A stretch of DNA of 64,000 nt from an uncultured delta proteobacterium (GTDB lineage: Bacteria; Myxococcota; Myxococcia; Myxococcales; Myxococcaceae). The translations under genes were made by a program, and so were the position numbers. Where the stretch lies: the NCBI GenBank assembly GCA_963771175.1, contig CAVYSY010000023.1, positions 1 through 64,000 on the forward strand, given 5' to 3'. Below, piece by piece: positions 32,991 through 43,373 of the stretch. The notes beneath the pieces were generated by a model. It was given only the letters and a program-made list of their open reading frames with translations. It made no database searches and was not told where the DNA came from. Numbering within the stretch: position 1 is the stretch's first letter; every line of letters starts with the position of its first letter.

Positions 32991-34948
32991 GGGCGGACCC
33001 CCACGCAGCGGCTGCGGTACTCGCTGTCCTCGTTGAGTCGGTCGGGCGACACGAAGTTGCCGTCCTCCAGCGTCAGCTCGGGGCCGAGCGGCACGCGCAC
33101 GCCCGGCGGCGCGTACTGGGCCCAGGCGCAGGCGGTGCGCCACACGCCGTAGTCGGTGGACACGCCACTCTCGGGCGCCTCGGCGAACCACACCTTGAAG
33201 AGGTTGTAGCCCTGCTGGCACGCCCGCGCGCGACGGCGGAGTGACGAGCTGCAGGTTGGAGATGGTGAAGTCGTAGCAGACGCTGCCGTTGGCCTGCACC
33301 TCGGCGTGCACCTCGTACTGGTAGCCGTAGCGCTCGTAGAAGGACCGGTCCCGCCGCGTGGGGTTGCTCGCCGCGCGCAGCTCCGAGTCGTCGGGAATCC
33401 CGTCCCCGTCCGTGTCGATGCCGGCCGCGTGAGGGTGAGCGGGTCCAGCCCGTAGCGGGCCTCCAGCGCAGTCCGGCATGCCGTCCCCGTCCTGTCCACG
33501 ATGCCGGAGCGCGTGCGCAGGTAGTCCTCGGCGAACTGGGACAGCCCGTCTCCGTCCGTGTCCGCGCACCGGCAGTCGAGCGTCAGCGGGGACGCCGGGT
33601 CACACCCGCGCGCGTCCTTGTCGTTGCCCGCCGACGAAGCCCTGGTCCGCGCGCAGCGACTCGAAGCCGTCCGTGAAGCAGTCCCCGTCGCTGTCCAGGG
33701 TGAAGGTGTTGGTGCCCAGGGTGAAGCCGTTGTCCAAGGCGTCCGACACGCCGTCGCCGTCGCTGTCCGGCTCGCGCTTGTCCTCGGCCGGCACCGACGC
33801 AGAGCGACTCCACCATCAGCGTCTTCATCACGTTGCGCGAGGCGAAGGACGAGTAGTCCAGCGAGCCCAGGCCGAGCTGGGAGATTTCCGTCGTGTTGTT
33901 GAACTCCTGGTACACGCCGCCGCCCATCTCCGCGAAGCTTCTGAGCAGCCAGGAGGAAATCTTCTTCGCCTCCGCCGGGTACTCGCGCCGGGCTCACGCC
34001 CGGGTAGGTGCCATACAGGTCCTGGCAGATGGGGCCGCAGGCGCGCACCGCCTCCTCGTTGAAGAGGAGCACCGAGTGCATCCGGATGTCGCCCACGTTG
34101 TGCTGCTGCTTGAGCTCCATGAGCTGCCGCACGTAGCTGAAGAGCTGGTAGTTCTGGTTGCGGTCCGTGCCGGCGATGTAGCCGAGGATGGCATCCGGAT
34201 CGCTCGGGTCCATCAGGTTGCAGAACTCGCGCGCGCTGGACGAGTCCTCCCACGTCAGGTCCGGCTGGTCCGGCGAGGCGTACTGGCCAAGGGTGTCGTT
34301 GGCCGAGCAGCGAGGGTACGGGGTGCCGTCGGTGAGGAAGACGACGACGTAGCGGGTGCGCGGCAGCTCCGCCGGACGCGTCTTGGCCACGTCGGTGATG
34401 TCGGCCGAGATGATCTTGTACGCCTCGGCGAGCGCGCCCTGGTAGTCGGTGCCCTTGCCGAGCTGCTCATGCAGGGCGCCGATGTACGTGTCGACACCGG
34501 AGGCGCTGGTGGGCCGGGCGAAGCGGTTGCCCGTGTTGGAGGGCCAGGCATCGCGGATGTTCGTCTCGAAGGGGACGATGGAGACCTGCACGTTGGGCTG
34601 GGCGCGGAACTGCTGCACCAGCCGGCGCAGGGCCCGCACGCGCCCGGGCTCGGTGACGCCGGGCGGGACGATGGCCTGAATCTCCGCGCGCTCGCAGAAG
34701 CCGGAGCCCTCCTGCGAGCCCGGCGGGTCCGACACGCACATGCTGCCGGACTGGTCGATGACGATGACCACCTTCACCGGGAAGCCATCCGCGCTGGGTG
34801 TGGAGGTGCAGAGCCGGCCCTTGAGGGAGAGCCGGTCATCGGTGTTCGTCTGCTCCTGCGCGAGCGACTCGACGAGGGTGTCGGTGCAGCCCCCGAGGGC
34901 CGCCAGGACGCCCACCACGAACAGCATCTGGAGTTTCAGGTGGCGCAT
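32987..34948 (-). CDS. mtsD: VWA + TSP3 repeat lipoprotein, MtsD-like (several frameshifts between 33200 and 34000)
   Basis: LGGCTD lipobox, MIDAS IDQSGS, VFLTDG and DSDGDG repeats in shifting frames. Confidence 0.75.
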   Translation of the reverse strand: MRHLKLQMLFVVGVLAALGGCTDTLVESLAQEQTNTDDRLSLKGRLCTSTPSADGFPVKVVIVIDQSGSMCVSDPPGSQEGSGFCERAEIQAIVPPGVTEPGRVRALRRLVQQFRAQPNVQVSIVPFETNIRDAWPSNTGNRFARPTSASGVDTYIGALHEQLGKGTDYQGALAEAYKIISADITDVAKTRPAELPRTRYVVVFLTDGTPYPRCSANDTLGQYASPDQPDLTWEDSSSAREFCNLMDPSDPDAILGYIAGTDRNQNYQLFSYVRQLMELKQQHNVGDIRMHSVLLFNEEAVRACGPICQDLYGTYPGVSPARVPGGGEEDFLLAAQKLRGDGRRRVPGVQQHDGNLPARPGLAGLLVLRLAQRDEDADGGVALRRCRPRTSASRTATATACRTPWTTASPWAPTPSPWTATGTASRTASSRCARTRASSAGNDKDARGCDPASPLTLDCRCADTDGDGLSQFAEDYLRTRSGIVDRTGTACRTALEARYGLDPLTLTRPASTRTGTGFPTTRSCARRATPRGGTGPSTSATATSTRCTPRCRPTAASATTSPSPTCSSSLRRRARACQQGYNLFKVWFAEAPESGVSTDYGVWRTACAWAQYAPPGVRVPLGPELTLEDGNFVSPDRLNEDSEYRSRCVGVRP

Positions 34949-34978
34949 CCGGTGCGGACCTCCGAGGAAGAGCGGGAC

Positions 34979-36293
34979 TTAGGAGCGCCGACGGCGGCGC
35001 AGCAGGGTGAGGAGCGCGGCGCCCAGGGCGAAGCCACCGCCCGTCGCGGGGAACGCGGAGCAGTTCCATCCGCTGACGCTCTCCTGGGCCACCTGGAGGG
35101 CCAGCTCCGAGGTGGAGTCACGCCGGCCGGGGTAGGCCCGGTCATCGAAGGCCAGCTTCGCGGAGAGCTGCAGGACGTAGTCGCCGTCCTCGTCCGCGGT
35201 GAACGTGGGCTTGTTGCCGTCGACATAGGCGTACTCCCAGTGGCGACTCATCGTCACCGCGCCACGAGGATTCTCCACCACGGACTTGGAGCCGGAGGGG
35301 CGCTTCGTGACGGTCCAATTGTACTCGATGGCCGCGCCGTTGCGGTTGGCGAACAGGGGCAGGCGCACCTGCTCGCCCTTCTTCAGCGCCAGCGTGCCGC
35401 CGCCGTGGACGGCGAAGGGGCCCTTGGGATCCAGGCAGTCGTCGGGGCGGTTCGGGTCGATGACGACGCAGTAGCGGGCATCGCACGCATCCCCCACGTG
35501 GTCCCCATCGTCATCCGCCTGGTCGGCGTTGACGTGCTGGGGGCAGTTGTCCTTCTCGTTGAGGACGCTGTCGTTATCCTTGTCCGTGTCGCACGGGTCT
35601 CCCACACCGTCCTGGTCCGCGTCGTTCTGGTCGGCGCTGGCCAGCGTGGGGCAGGTGTCATACCGGTCCAGGACGTTGTCGCCGTCCGAGTCCACGTTGC
35701 ACAGGCTCGGGTCGGACACGGGGCACCTGGTCCGCGTTCTTCACGCGCGGGCAGTTGTCGCTGCCGTCCACCACGCCGTCGTTGTCATCGTCCAGGTCGC
35801 ACACGTCGCCCTGGGCATCCCCGTCCAGGTTGTCCTGCCCCTTGTTGGGCACCAGCGGGCAGTTGTCCTGGCCGTTGTCGAAGCCGTCGTTGTCCTGGTC
35901 CGGATCGCAGTCGTCGCCGAGCCCGTCGCCGTCCGCGTCCTTCTGCTGGAGATTGGCGAGCGCGGAGCAGTTGTCGCAGACGTTGCCCACCCCATCCGCG
36001 TCGTCGTCCTCCTGGAAGCGGTTGGAGGAGAACGGGCAGTTGTCGTGGCCGTCCGACTTGCCGTCGCCGTCCCCGTCGTCCGTGTAGGACAGCGTCTTGC
36101 CGTCGTCGGTGTAGGCCACCCACACCGAGCAGCCACAGCCACAGCCGCAGCCGCCGCCCTCCTCCTTGGGACGACCACACTGGTCGCCCAGGCACTCGGG
36201 GTTGTCCGCGCCGTCGGTCTGCGCCGACGCGGTGGCCGGCAGGAAGAAGAGCGCCCCGAGGAGCAGCGTGGGGGCGAGTCGATTGAGCGTCAT
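34979..36293 (-). CDS. mtsC: Thrombospondin type 3 repeat MYXO-CTERM protein, MtsC-like (frameshift near 35720)
   Basis: Signal peptide, many DNCP..N..Q.D.D.DG.GD.CD repeats and C-terminal SGWNCSAFP...LLRRRRRS. Confidence 0.8.
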
Positions 36294-36458
36294 GGTGACT
36301 CCTTTCATCGCCGGGCCTCTAGCAAGAGGCGATCCGCCGGCCGGGCCTGGAAAAGGGCTGGAATTCCAAGAGGTTGGCGACGAGGTGAGGCGCGGTGGAC
36401 AACGGGTGTGGGGAGCACTCCCCAGCGGTTTGTGGGGGAGACTCCACATGATGAGGGA

Positions 36459-38056
36459 TCAGGTCCCCAGGATGAAGTCATCAGGGGTGAAGGTGCGGGT
36501 GCCGGCGGGGGTGCGCCCCTCCTCCTCGGTGTAGCGCAGGGATTCAATCCGCAGCGCGCCAATGCCGGAGCCGCGCGGGTCGTTGTCCCGGCCCACCTGC
36601 ATATAGAGGTAGACGTCATTGGTGCCGGCGGGGATGTCCGCGCCCGGGGTAGACGGGGTTGGGGACGCTCGAGCGTGGGCACGAGGGTGATGTTCTCCGC
36701 GCGCACCGCGTAGCAGGCCCGGCCGTCCGCGGTGGGCTCGGCGTCCGCGATGGAGTAGCCGTAGCCACGCTCGGCGCGGAAGGCGATGTCGGCGCTGAGC
36801 GGATCCCCATGGGCCTCCACCTCGGAGATGTTGGGGAGGCCGTCGCGGTCGCTGTCCAGCAGGTCCTCGGGGACGAGCGGGTTGGTGTAGGCCAGGGCCT
36901 CGACGAGGTCCGGCAGGCCGTCGCCGTCCGTGTCGGCGACACACGGGTCGGTGCCCAGCACGCGCTCCTCGCAGGTGTTGAGCCGGTCCCCGTCCTCGTC
37001 GAGCGCGGCGTTGCAGCCGGGGATGGCGTCCACGTGCCCCGGCGGGGGTCCAGCCCCATGCGCAGCTCGATGCCGTCCATGAGCCCGTCCTGGTCGGTGT
37101 CCGGGAGCGTGGGGTCCAGGCCGCGCGCCAGCTCGTCCGGGTCCGCCACGCCGTCGCCGTCGCTGTCGGCGAGGAACTGACCGGCGCGCACCACCACGTT
37201 GCGGTTGAAGGCGAGGAAGCGCTTCAGCTTGAGCGTTGCTCTGCAGCGACGCGTAGTTGAGGCCGCCGAGGGCGGTGCTCAGGTTGGAGAAGTCCGTCGT
37301 CACCGGCGCGGAGCCACCGGCGTTGGCGATGGCGGCCACCTGGGCGGCGGTGGTGGCGTCGGCCGTGTTGCGCACGTAGACGGGCTGCACCGTCACCTCG
37401 CCAGCGCCGAACTGCTCGACGAGCGCCTTGAGCTGACCGGTGACGGCCGCCAGCTCGCACTGGCTGCACGCGGCGGGGTCCGTCAGCTTGCTGCAGCGCG
37501 AGTCGATGCCCGCGTTGAAGGCGGGGTTCTCGCAGCTCAGGTCCGCGCTCGTCACCACGAGGACGACGAGGTAGCGGGTGCGGGCCACCTCGCCCGGGCA
37601 GCCCGTCTGCATGTCGCCGGAGAGGATGCTCTTCGCCAGCTTCAGCGCCGAGCGCATGCTGATGGGGCCCGACTCCTGGTAGCTGGCGTAGCGCGGGATG
37701 GCGGCCTGGAGGGCGGAGGCATCCTCGAAGCGGCCCAGCAGGCCCGTGGCCACGGTGTGGAAGGCCACCAGGCTGAACTTGATGTAGGGCAGCGAGAAGC
37801 GGCTGGAGAGCGTGCCGAGTGCGTCGGAGACGGCGCCGGGCATGTCCGCGGGCAGGCCCGCCCCGCCCTGCACGGCGAAGAGGACCTTCACGGGGAAGGC
37901 CTCGCCGCCGGCCAGTGGCACGCAGACGTTGCCGGCGAAGTCCGCGCGGTCCTGGCCGCTCGGACCCCGCCCGTCGAGTGCATAGAGGCCCGCGTCGGAG
38001 CACGACAGCAGGAGCACGGGCACCAGGAGACAGGCAATCCGCGGGAGGACGCTCAT
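36459..38056 (-). CDS. mtsB: VWA-like + TSP3/Ca-binding repeat lipoprotein, MtsB-like (frameshifts near 37235, 37040 and 36650)
   Basis: LLSCSD lipobox, FPVKVLF...RTRYLVVLV like its two neighbours, DSDGDG repeats and the shared C-terminal CY..R.ENITLVPT. Confidence 0.65.
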
Positions 38057-38261
38057 TGGGTGGGATTGTAGACCCCAGCCCAGGAGGCGAGCGCAAGGGC
38101 CCAGCACCTCCGGGTGAGACGAAAGTGCGCCGGCCCCTGCATCCAGCGAGCCGCTGGAAGCTCGGCTGACACTCGGAACCCCGTGATACAGCGCCTACAC
38201 CGACCGCAATGGCGACGCCAGGTCAACAGGAGGACACCCGCCCACATGCGAACGAGCTTCG

Positions 38262-38882
38262 ATGCCTCGGAGGCTCCTGGCCACGAGCCTCTGCCTCCTG
38301 ATTGTTGCTTGTAGTGCGACCCGTTCCTCCGTCCCCCATCCCACGAGCGTCCAGGAGCTTTCCCGCCGGGTGCTCGTCCTCGAGGAGACGCCGGACGGTC
38401 AGGTCACCCACTCATGGGAGCCCTTGAGCGACTTCGACCTGTCGAAGTACCCGTACCGCGCGAGAAACAGCACCGTGCAAGCCCCCATCATCCGCGCCAC
38501 CTGGACTCGCAGTTGCGAGGACGAACGCGATGCCTGCGAGGACATGTGCATGCAGTCTCTCCGGGGCCGGAATTGGAGCCACGCGAGTAAAGGCTCGAAG
38601 GAGGAACACTGTCGCGGCAAGTGCAGACCCGCGTACCTTGACTGTTGCCGGCTCCACGAGCAGGCGGAAGCCCTGGAATTCTCAGCCGCCGACGAGGCAG
38701 TCAGTTGGTTGAAGCAGCACCACGAGGAGCTGTTGGTAGGGACCGTGGTCGTCATCGCCGGAGTGGCCTTCGTCGCGGTCGTCGTGGGTAGCGGCGGCAG
38801 TGCTCTGGTCCTCGTGCCGGCCATCTTGCTGGTCTCACCCGAGATGCCTTCCGAGCCCCAACTCGCGGCGGTGAAGCCATGA
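38262..38882 (+). CDS. Cys-rich lipoprotein with hydrophobic C-terminal hairpin
   Basis: LIVAC lipobox, C.....DAC...C / HC..KC...YLDC and C-terminal LLVGTVVVIAGVAFVAVVVG. Confidence 0.75.
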   Translation: MPRRLLATSLCLLIVACSATRSSVPHPTSVQELSRRVLVLEETPDGQVTHSWEPLSDFDLSKYPYRARNSTVQAPIIRATWTRSCEDERDACEDMCMQSLRGRNWSHASKGSKEEHCRGKCRPAYLDCCRLHEQAEALEFSAADEAVSWLKQHHEELLVGTVVVIAGVAFVAVVVGSGGSALVLVPAILLVSPEMPSEPQLAAVKP

Positions 38883-39708
38883 CGAACCACACCCTCCTTT
38901 CAGATCCACAAGAGGTGATTGGGAGGCAATGGAGCGAGGATCAGTCACCGGAACAGGCGCGAATTCTGGGTCTCGCGCGAGACGCTCTCCTCTTCGTTTC
39001 TCATTACCGGCCAACGGTATCGCTTCGAGGACTTCCGCGAGAGTCTCCAAGCTGGCGCTCGCCCACCAGCAGGAGCGTCTCCCCTCCTACTCCGCCCCTC
39101 CGGCGCCTTCGAGTTACCTCGCGATGACATCCTGAGTCTCAAGGAACGCCTGCACGAAACGGAAGCCTTCTTCACGAAGATCCGCGATGAAACCGATGCT
39201 GCCAGAGAGAAGGAATTGAGCCAGGTCATTCTCGACACGCTCCATTTCATCTCCTCGACCGATCAGCACAGGGCTTTCGGTGAGTACCTCGAGCACCTCG
39301 AGGCCGACGCGCCTCCTTATGTCATGGCATCTTTCGCGACGAGGGAGGAGGCGGAATCCTGGCTCAGGAATCATCCCAGTCCCCCTGATTTCGCCTACGT
39401 GCTGATCGCGAACGCCTACCATGACGTGGTAGCTATGACCGCGAATCGAACTTCCGTCGCCTGCCTCGCAGCCGCCGTATGGAGCACTACCTCGCGGATC
39501 TCCAACAGAGAAGCCCCCCAGTCCCGTCGCGTCTTTCGCCAGCATCGAGGAGGCGGAGACCTGGCTGAAGGCACAGCCCAAGCCCGCCCGATGGGCGTGG
39601 GTGTCGGTTGCCGGTGAGCCCTACCTCGCGGTGTACTACCCCAACATCGACCACCGGACCCTCTACCCTCTCTCCTTGGCCAGGGGCTACGAGGAGCCCT
39701 CCGACTGA
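38879..39708 (+). CDS. Hypothetical protein with internal duplication (about three frameshifts)
   Basis: ATGA-coupled to the lipoprotein. Duplicated motifs ASFATREEAESWLRNHPSPP and ASFASIEEAETWLKAQPKPA. Ends ...RGYEEPSD* at 39708. Confidence 0.65.
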
Positions 39709-39860
39709 AGTCCGGGGGCCTCCCAGGGTGGGGAAGCCCCTACGCCGGGTGCCAGATGGGGGGTGGGAGGGCACCCGAAAGGTCCGGTCTCTCGCGAATA
39801 CCCACAAGTCGGCCGGGTGAGGATATGGTGGGCGCCTACCCGCTCACGACGGCCCTCCGC

Positions 39861-41108
39861 ATGTACCTGCGCAGCCTCACCCTCCACAACCTCAAGCTCC
39901 TGAAGGAAGTCGCCATCTCCTTCACCCGCGAGGACGGGGAAATCCGCCCGTGGACCGTTTTCGTGGGAGAGAACGGCTCGTGCAAAACGGCCATCCTCCA
40001 GGCCATCGCGCTCGCCGCGAGTGGCGCCACCCTGGGCAGTGAGCTCGCGGACGTCACCTCGCTGCCGGACCGGCGGCAGCCCTCCACCGAGCTGATGTTG
40101 ATCGGCGCCGAGTTCACCTTCGGACAGGGGGGACACAAGGCCCGCGTGTATCCCGGCCTGGAGGAGAAGCGCGCGCTCGCGCCCTACATGCGCAGCTCCA
40201 TCGCCGCCAAGAGCACCTGGAGGGACCTGGTCGGCAGCTCGAGGTACGTCGGCTCCGAGCACACCCGCGTCTTCGACCCCATCCGCGAGGCGCGCAGGAC
40301 CCAGCTCCCGGGCTGGTTCGTCGCGGGCTACGGGACGATGCGCAACCTGCCTCGCCCCAAGGCCATTCAAGGGGAAGGGCTGTCGGACCCCATCAAGCAG
40401 CGCCTGGAGAACCTCTTCGACCGGGGGAGTCTGATCGCCACCGGCTTCGCCGACCTGTTCGAGCCCGCCCAGGCCAAGGCCTACAACCGGGTCCTCAAGC
40501 AGGTGCTCGTCGAGGGCAACCTCCTCCCGGGCATCGTGGACCTGGAGCTCCAGAGCCAGGGCATGGTGCGCACCCGGCAGGATCTGCTGGAGGCCCACCG
40601 CTTCGAGTTCGACGTGGGAGGCCAGCGCATCAAGGTCCCCGCCACCTGGCTGTCTCACGGCTACCAGGGGACCATTGCCTGGCTCGCCGACCTCATCGGC
40701 CACATCCTCCTCGAGGCCGGAAAGCCGGTGGCGCCCGAGAAGATGGAGGGACTCGTCCTCATCGACGAGCTCGACCTCCACATCCACCCGCGCTGGCAGG
40801 CCTCGCTCATCCCCGCGCTGAAGGCCGTCTTCCCCAGGCTCCAGTTCATCGCCACGACCCACTCGGCGATGCTCCTGCCGGGTCTGTCCCAGGACGAGGT
40901 CCTCCTGCTCCGCCCGGATGAGGAGGGCAACGTGAATGTCGTCCCGGCGCCCGCCTCGCCGGAGCGGATGACGGGCAGCGAGCTCTTCGACACCTTCTTC
41001 GATGGCCAGCTGAAGCCCGCGAGGGGCCCGGCGGCCCGGAAGCAGCGGCCCGCGCCGAGGAAGCAGCAGCGCTCCGGCGGTGCCGCGACCCGGACGAAGC
41101 GGAAGTGA
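39861..41108 (+). CDS. AAA_21/AAA_15-type ABC ATPase (PtuA/OLD-like defence-associated family)
   Basis: MYLRSLTLHNLK, Walker A VGENGSCKT, signature LSHGYQ, Walker B LVLIDELDLHIHPRWQ and H-loop IATTHS. Confidence 0.9.
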   Translation: MYLRSLTLHNLKLLKEVAISFTREDGEIRPWTVFVGENGSCKTAILQAIALAASGATLGSELADVTSLPDRRQPSTELMLIGAEFTFGQGGHKARVYPGLEEKRALAPYMRSSIAAKSTWRDLVGSSRYVGSEHTRVFDPIREARRTQLPGWFVAGYGTMRNLPRPKAIQGEGLSDPIKQRLENLFDRGSLIATGFADLFEPAQAKAYNRVLKQVLVEGNLLPGIVDLELQSQGMVRTRQDLLEAHRFEFDVGGQRIKVPATWLSHGYQGTIAWLADLIGHILLEAGKPVAPEKMEGLVLIDELDLHIHPRWQASLIPALKAVFPRLQFIATTHSAMLLPGLSQDEVLLLRPDEEGNVNVVPAPASPERMTGSELFDTFFDGQLKPARGPAARKQRPAPRKQQRSGGAATRTKRK

Positions 41109-41111
41109 CCG

Positions 41112-43373
41112 TCACAGCGTGAGGAGCCAGGCCAGCAGGTCGTCCTGCTCCTCGGGCGAGAGCGCCTTCATGTCGCCGTGCGCGGGGCCGGACATCTCCA
41201 GCACCGCGCGCAGCGGGAAGCGCGTGCCCACGACGAGCCGGTTGCCATCGCGCACCTCGAAGCCCGCGGCGCCGCTGCCCAGCATGGGCCAGATGTCCCA
41301 GGCCCCCACGAGCGAGGGCGGCGCGAAGCCCGGCACCAGGTCCTGCTGCGCCAGCCGCAGGGGCAGCGCGTTGGGAGTCCCCACCTCCAGGTAGCGCCCG
41401 CGCGTCTTCGGGTCCTGGTCCGTGGTGAAGAGGGGCGCGGGGTGGCACGCGAGGCAGCCGCCCTTGCCCTCGAAAATCCCGCGCCCCCTCGCCGGACTCC
41501 CGCGCCGACCATCCGGCAGCACCACCGTCTCCAGGGGGGCGCCATCCTCGCCCCGGAAGGGGTTGGGCGGCGTGGGCAGCAGGGACACGTAGAGGGTGAG
41601 TGCCTCCACCTCCGACGCCGTGAGGTCCGAGTTGTGGAAGCGGTTGCGGCTGCCCACCGTGCGCATCGTCTCCGCGAGGCTGTGCGTGCTGGCCGGAGTG
41701 AAGTACGGCGGCGTGTCGCGGCTGCCGAGCGCCGTGGTCGAGCGGTAGATGCGCAGGGGCCGGGTCTTCGCGAAGAAGACGTCCCCGGTGTGGCCCTCGA
41801 GGTGGCACGCATCGCAGCTCATCGCCGTGCGCCCGAGGTCCGCGTCATAGAGCACCTGCCCCAGCCGCCGCTTCGCCTGGGTGCGCATGTCCGTCACCGG
41901 CCACTGCCGCACCACCCGAGCACGGCCGGCACGAGCCTCGGACACGTCCACCACCGCCACCGTGCCGGTGTGCCGGTTGAGCACGTAGAGGGTGCGCCCG
42001 TCCGGCGCCAGCGCGAGCGCTTTCGGGCCCGCGTGCAGCTCCACCCCGGCGCGGCCGCCCGTCCCGAAGTCCGCTTCCGGACGTATCAGGGGTGTGCCCT
42101 CCAGCAGGGGCATGGCCACCTCTTGCAGCACCTCCAGCCGGCGCGCGTCCAGCACGCGCACCCGGCCCAGCCCCACGTCCGCCGCGTACAGCAGCCCCGT
42201 CCCGTCATCGAGCGCCAGCCCCTCGGTGATGCCCGCCCCGAAGCCCCGGTGCCGCACCACCTCGCCGCGCTCCGGGTCCAACTCCGCCACACCACCGTTG
42301 GCGGTCACCTCCATGCGCTCGGCGTTGGGTCCCACGTTGGGCCCCAGGCTCGCCAGGAAGAGGCGCCCCAACTCCTCCGAGGCCACCAGTCCCCGTACTG
42401 CCTTGCCTCCCATCACCTGCGCGGAGAAGCGCTCCGTCCCCCCGCCCACGATGGGCACGCCCGGCTTCGGCACCAGCGTCGCCACGGACGCGCCGTCCTC
42501 CTGCCGCAGCAGCTCCACCTGACCCGTCTGCAGGCTGCCCACGGCGAGCAGCCCCTTCCAGCGAGCCAGTGCCCGCGGGTTCGGGTCCACCCGCGCCGTC
42601 CACACCGCGTGCCCGTCCTCCAGGGAGAGCGCCTGGACCGTGTCCCGCACGTGCTCGGCCACGAAGGCCACACCACGAGCCCCATCCACCGCGAGCCCCA
42701 GGGCCCCGGCCGGCGCGGGCAGCACCCGAGGCGCGCTCGCGGGCGCATCCAGCGCGTACAGGTGCAGCGCTCCGCTCCAGCGGTGGGCCACCGCCAGCCA
42801 CGAGCGCCCCGCCGCATCCTCATAGGTGGCGAGCGCGCTCGGCCCGTCCCCCGCCGCCAGGGACTCCACGCGCCCGCTGGCCACGTCCAGCGCGTACACC
42901 GTGTCCGTGGGCGGCGAGGCGATGAACAGCATGCGCCCATCCGGCGCGAGCACCAGGTCCTTCAGGTCCGGGAAGGCCGCGTCGTTCACCACGGTGAGGC
43001 GGGCCTCGCCCTCGGGTGCCAGCTCCGGAGGTCCGGCCAGCCGCACCGTGACGACGGCCTGCACTTGATCCGCGGGAAGCCCCAGTCCCGCGGGCAGGCG
43101 CGCATGGGCGTGCCGCGAGTCCACCACCGTGAGCGGCAATTCGCGCGACAGCGGAGGCCCCAGTACCAGCCGCAACCCGGGCACCAGCCCCTCGCCGTAG
43201 AGGGAGAGCGGCTGCGAGGTCTGGTTGCTCGTCAGACGCGGGCCCACAGAGCCGAGCACCGGGTGCGGTGCGGGAGCCGGCCGCGCATGGTGGCGCCACA
43301 GCACCCCACCGCCAGCGGCCAGGATGAGACAGAGCGCGACAAGCGCCACGAGGAGACGAATGGGTTGTGTCAC
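41112..43373 (-). CDS. mtsA: MtsA-like membrane-anchored YncE-type beta-propeller with a di-haem cytochrome c (peroxidase-like) domain
   Basis: N-terminal TM, beta-propeller blades (GPKALALAPDGRTLYVLNR), and haem motifs SCDACH and GCLACH. Confidence 0.7.
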   Translation of the reverse strand: MTQPIRLLVALVALCLILAAGGGVLWRHHARPAPAPHPVLGSVGPRLTSNQTSQPLSLYGEGLVPGLRLVLGPPLSRELPLTVVDSRHAHARLPAGLGLPADQVQAVVTVRLAGPPELAPEGEARLTVVNDAAFPDLKDLVLAPDGRMLFIASPPTDTVYALDVASGRVESLAAGDGPSALATYEDAAGRSWLAVAHRWSGALHLYALDAPASAPRVLPAPAGALGLAVDGARGVAFVAEHVRDTVQALSLEDGHAVWTARVDPNPRALARWKGLLAVGSLQTGQVELLRQEDGASVATLVPKPGVPIVGGGTERFSAQVMGGKAVRGLVASEELGRLFLASLGPNVGPNAERMEVTANGGVAELDPERGEVVRHRGFGAGITEGLALDDGTGLLYAADVGLGRVRVLDARRLEVLQEVAMPLLEGTPLIRPEADFGTGGRAGVELHAGPKALALAPDGRTLYVLNRHTGTVAVVDVSEARAGRARVVRQWPVTDMRTQAKRRLGQVLYDADLGRTAMSCDACHLEGHTGDVFFAKTRPLRIYRSTTALGSRDTPPYFTPASTHSLAETMRTVGSRNRFHNSDLTASEVEALTLYVSLLPTPPNPFRGEDGAPLETVVLPDGRRGSPARGRGIFEGKGGCLACHPAPLFTTDQDPKTRGRYLEVGTPNALPLRLAQQDLVPGFAPPSLVGAWDIWPMLGSGAAGFEVRDGNRLVVGTRFPLRAVLEMSGPAHGDMKALSPEEQDDLLAWLLTL

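Noticed and set aside
38100..41110. Mobile element or prophage as the source of the insert
   Set aside because: No transposase, integrase, terminal repeats or target-site duplication could be seen.
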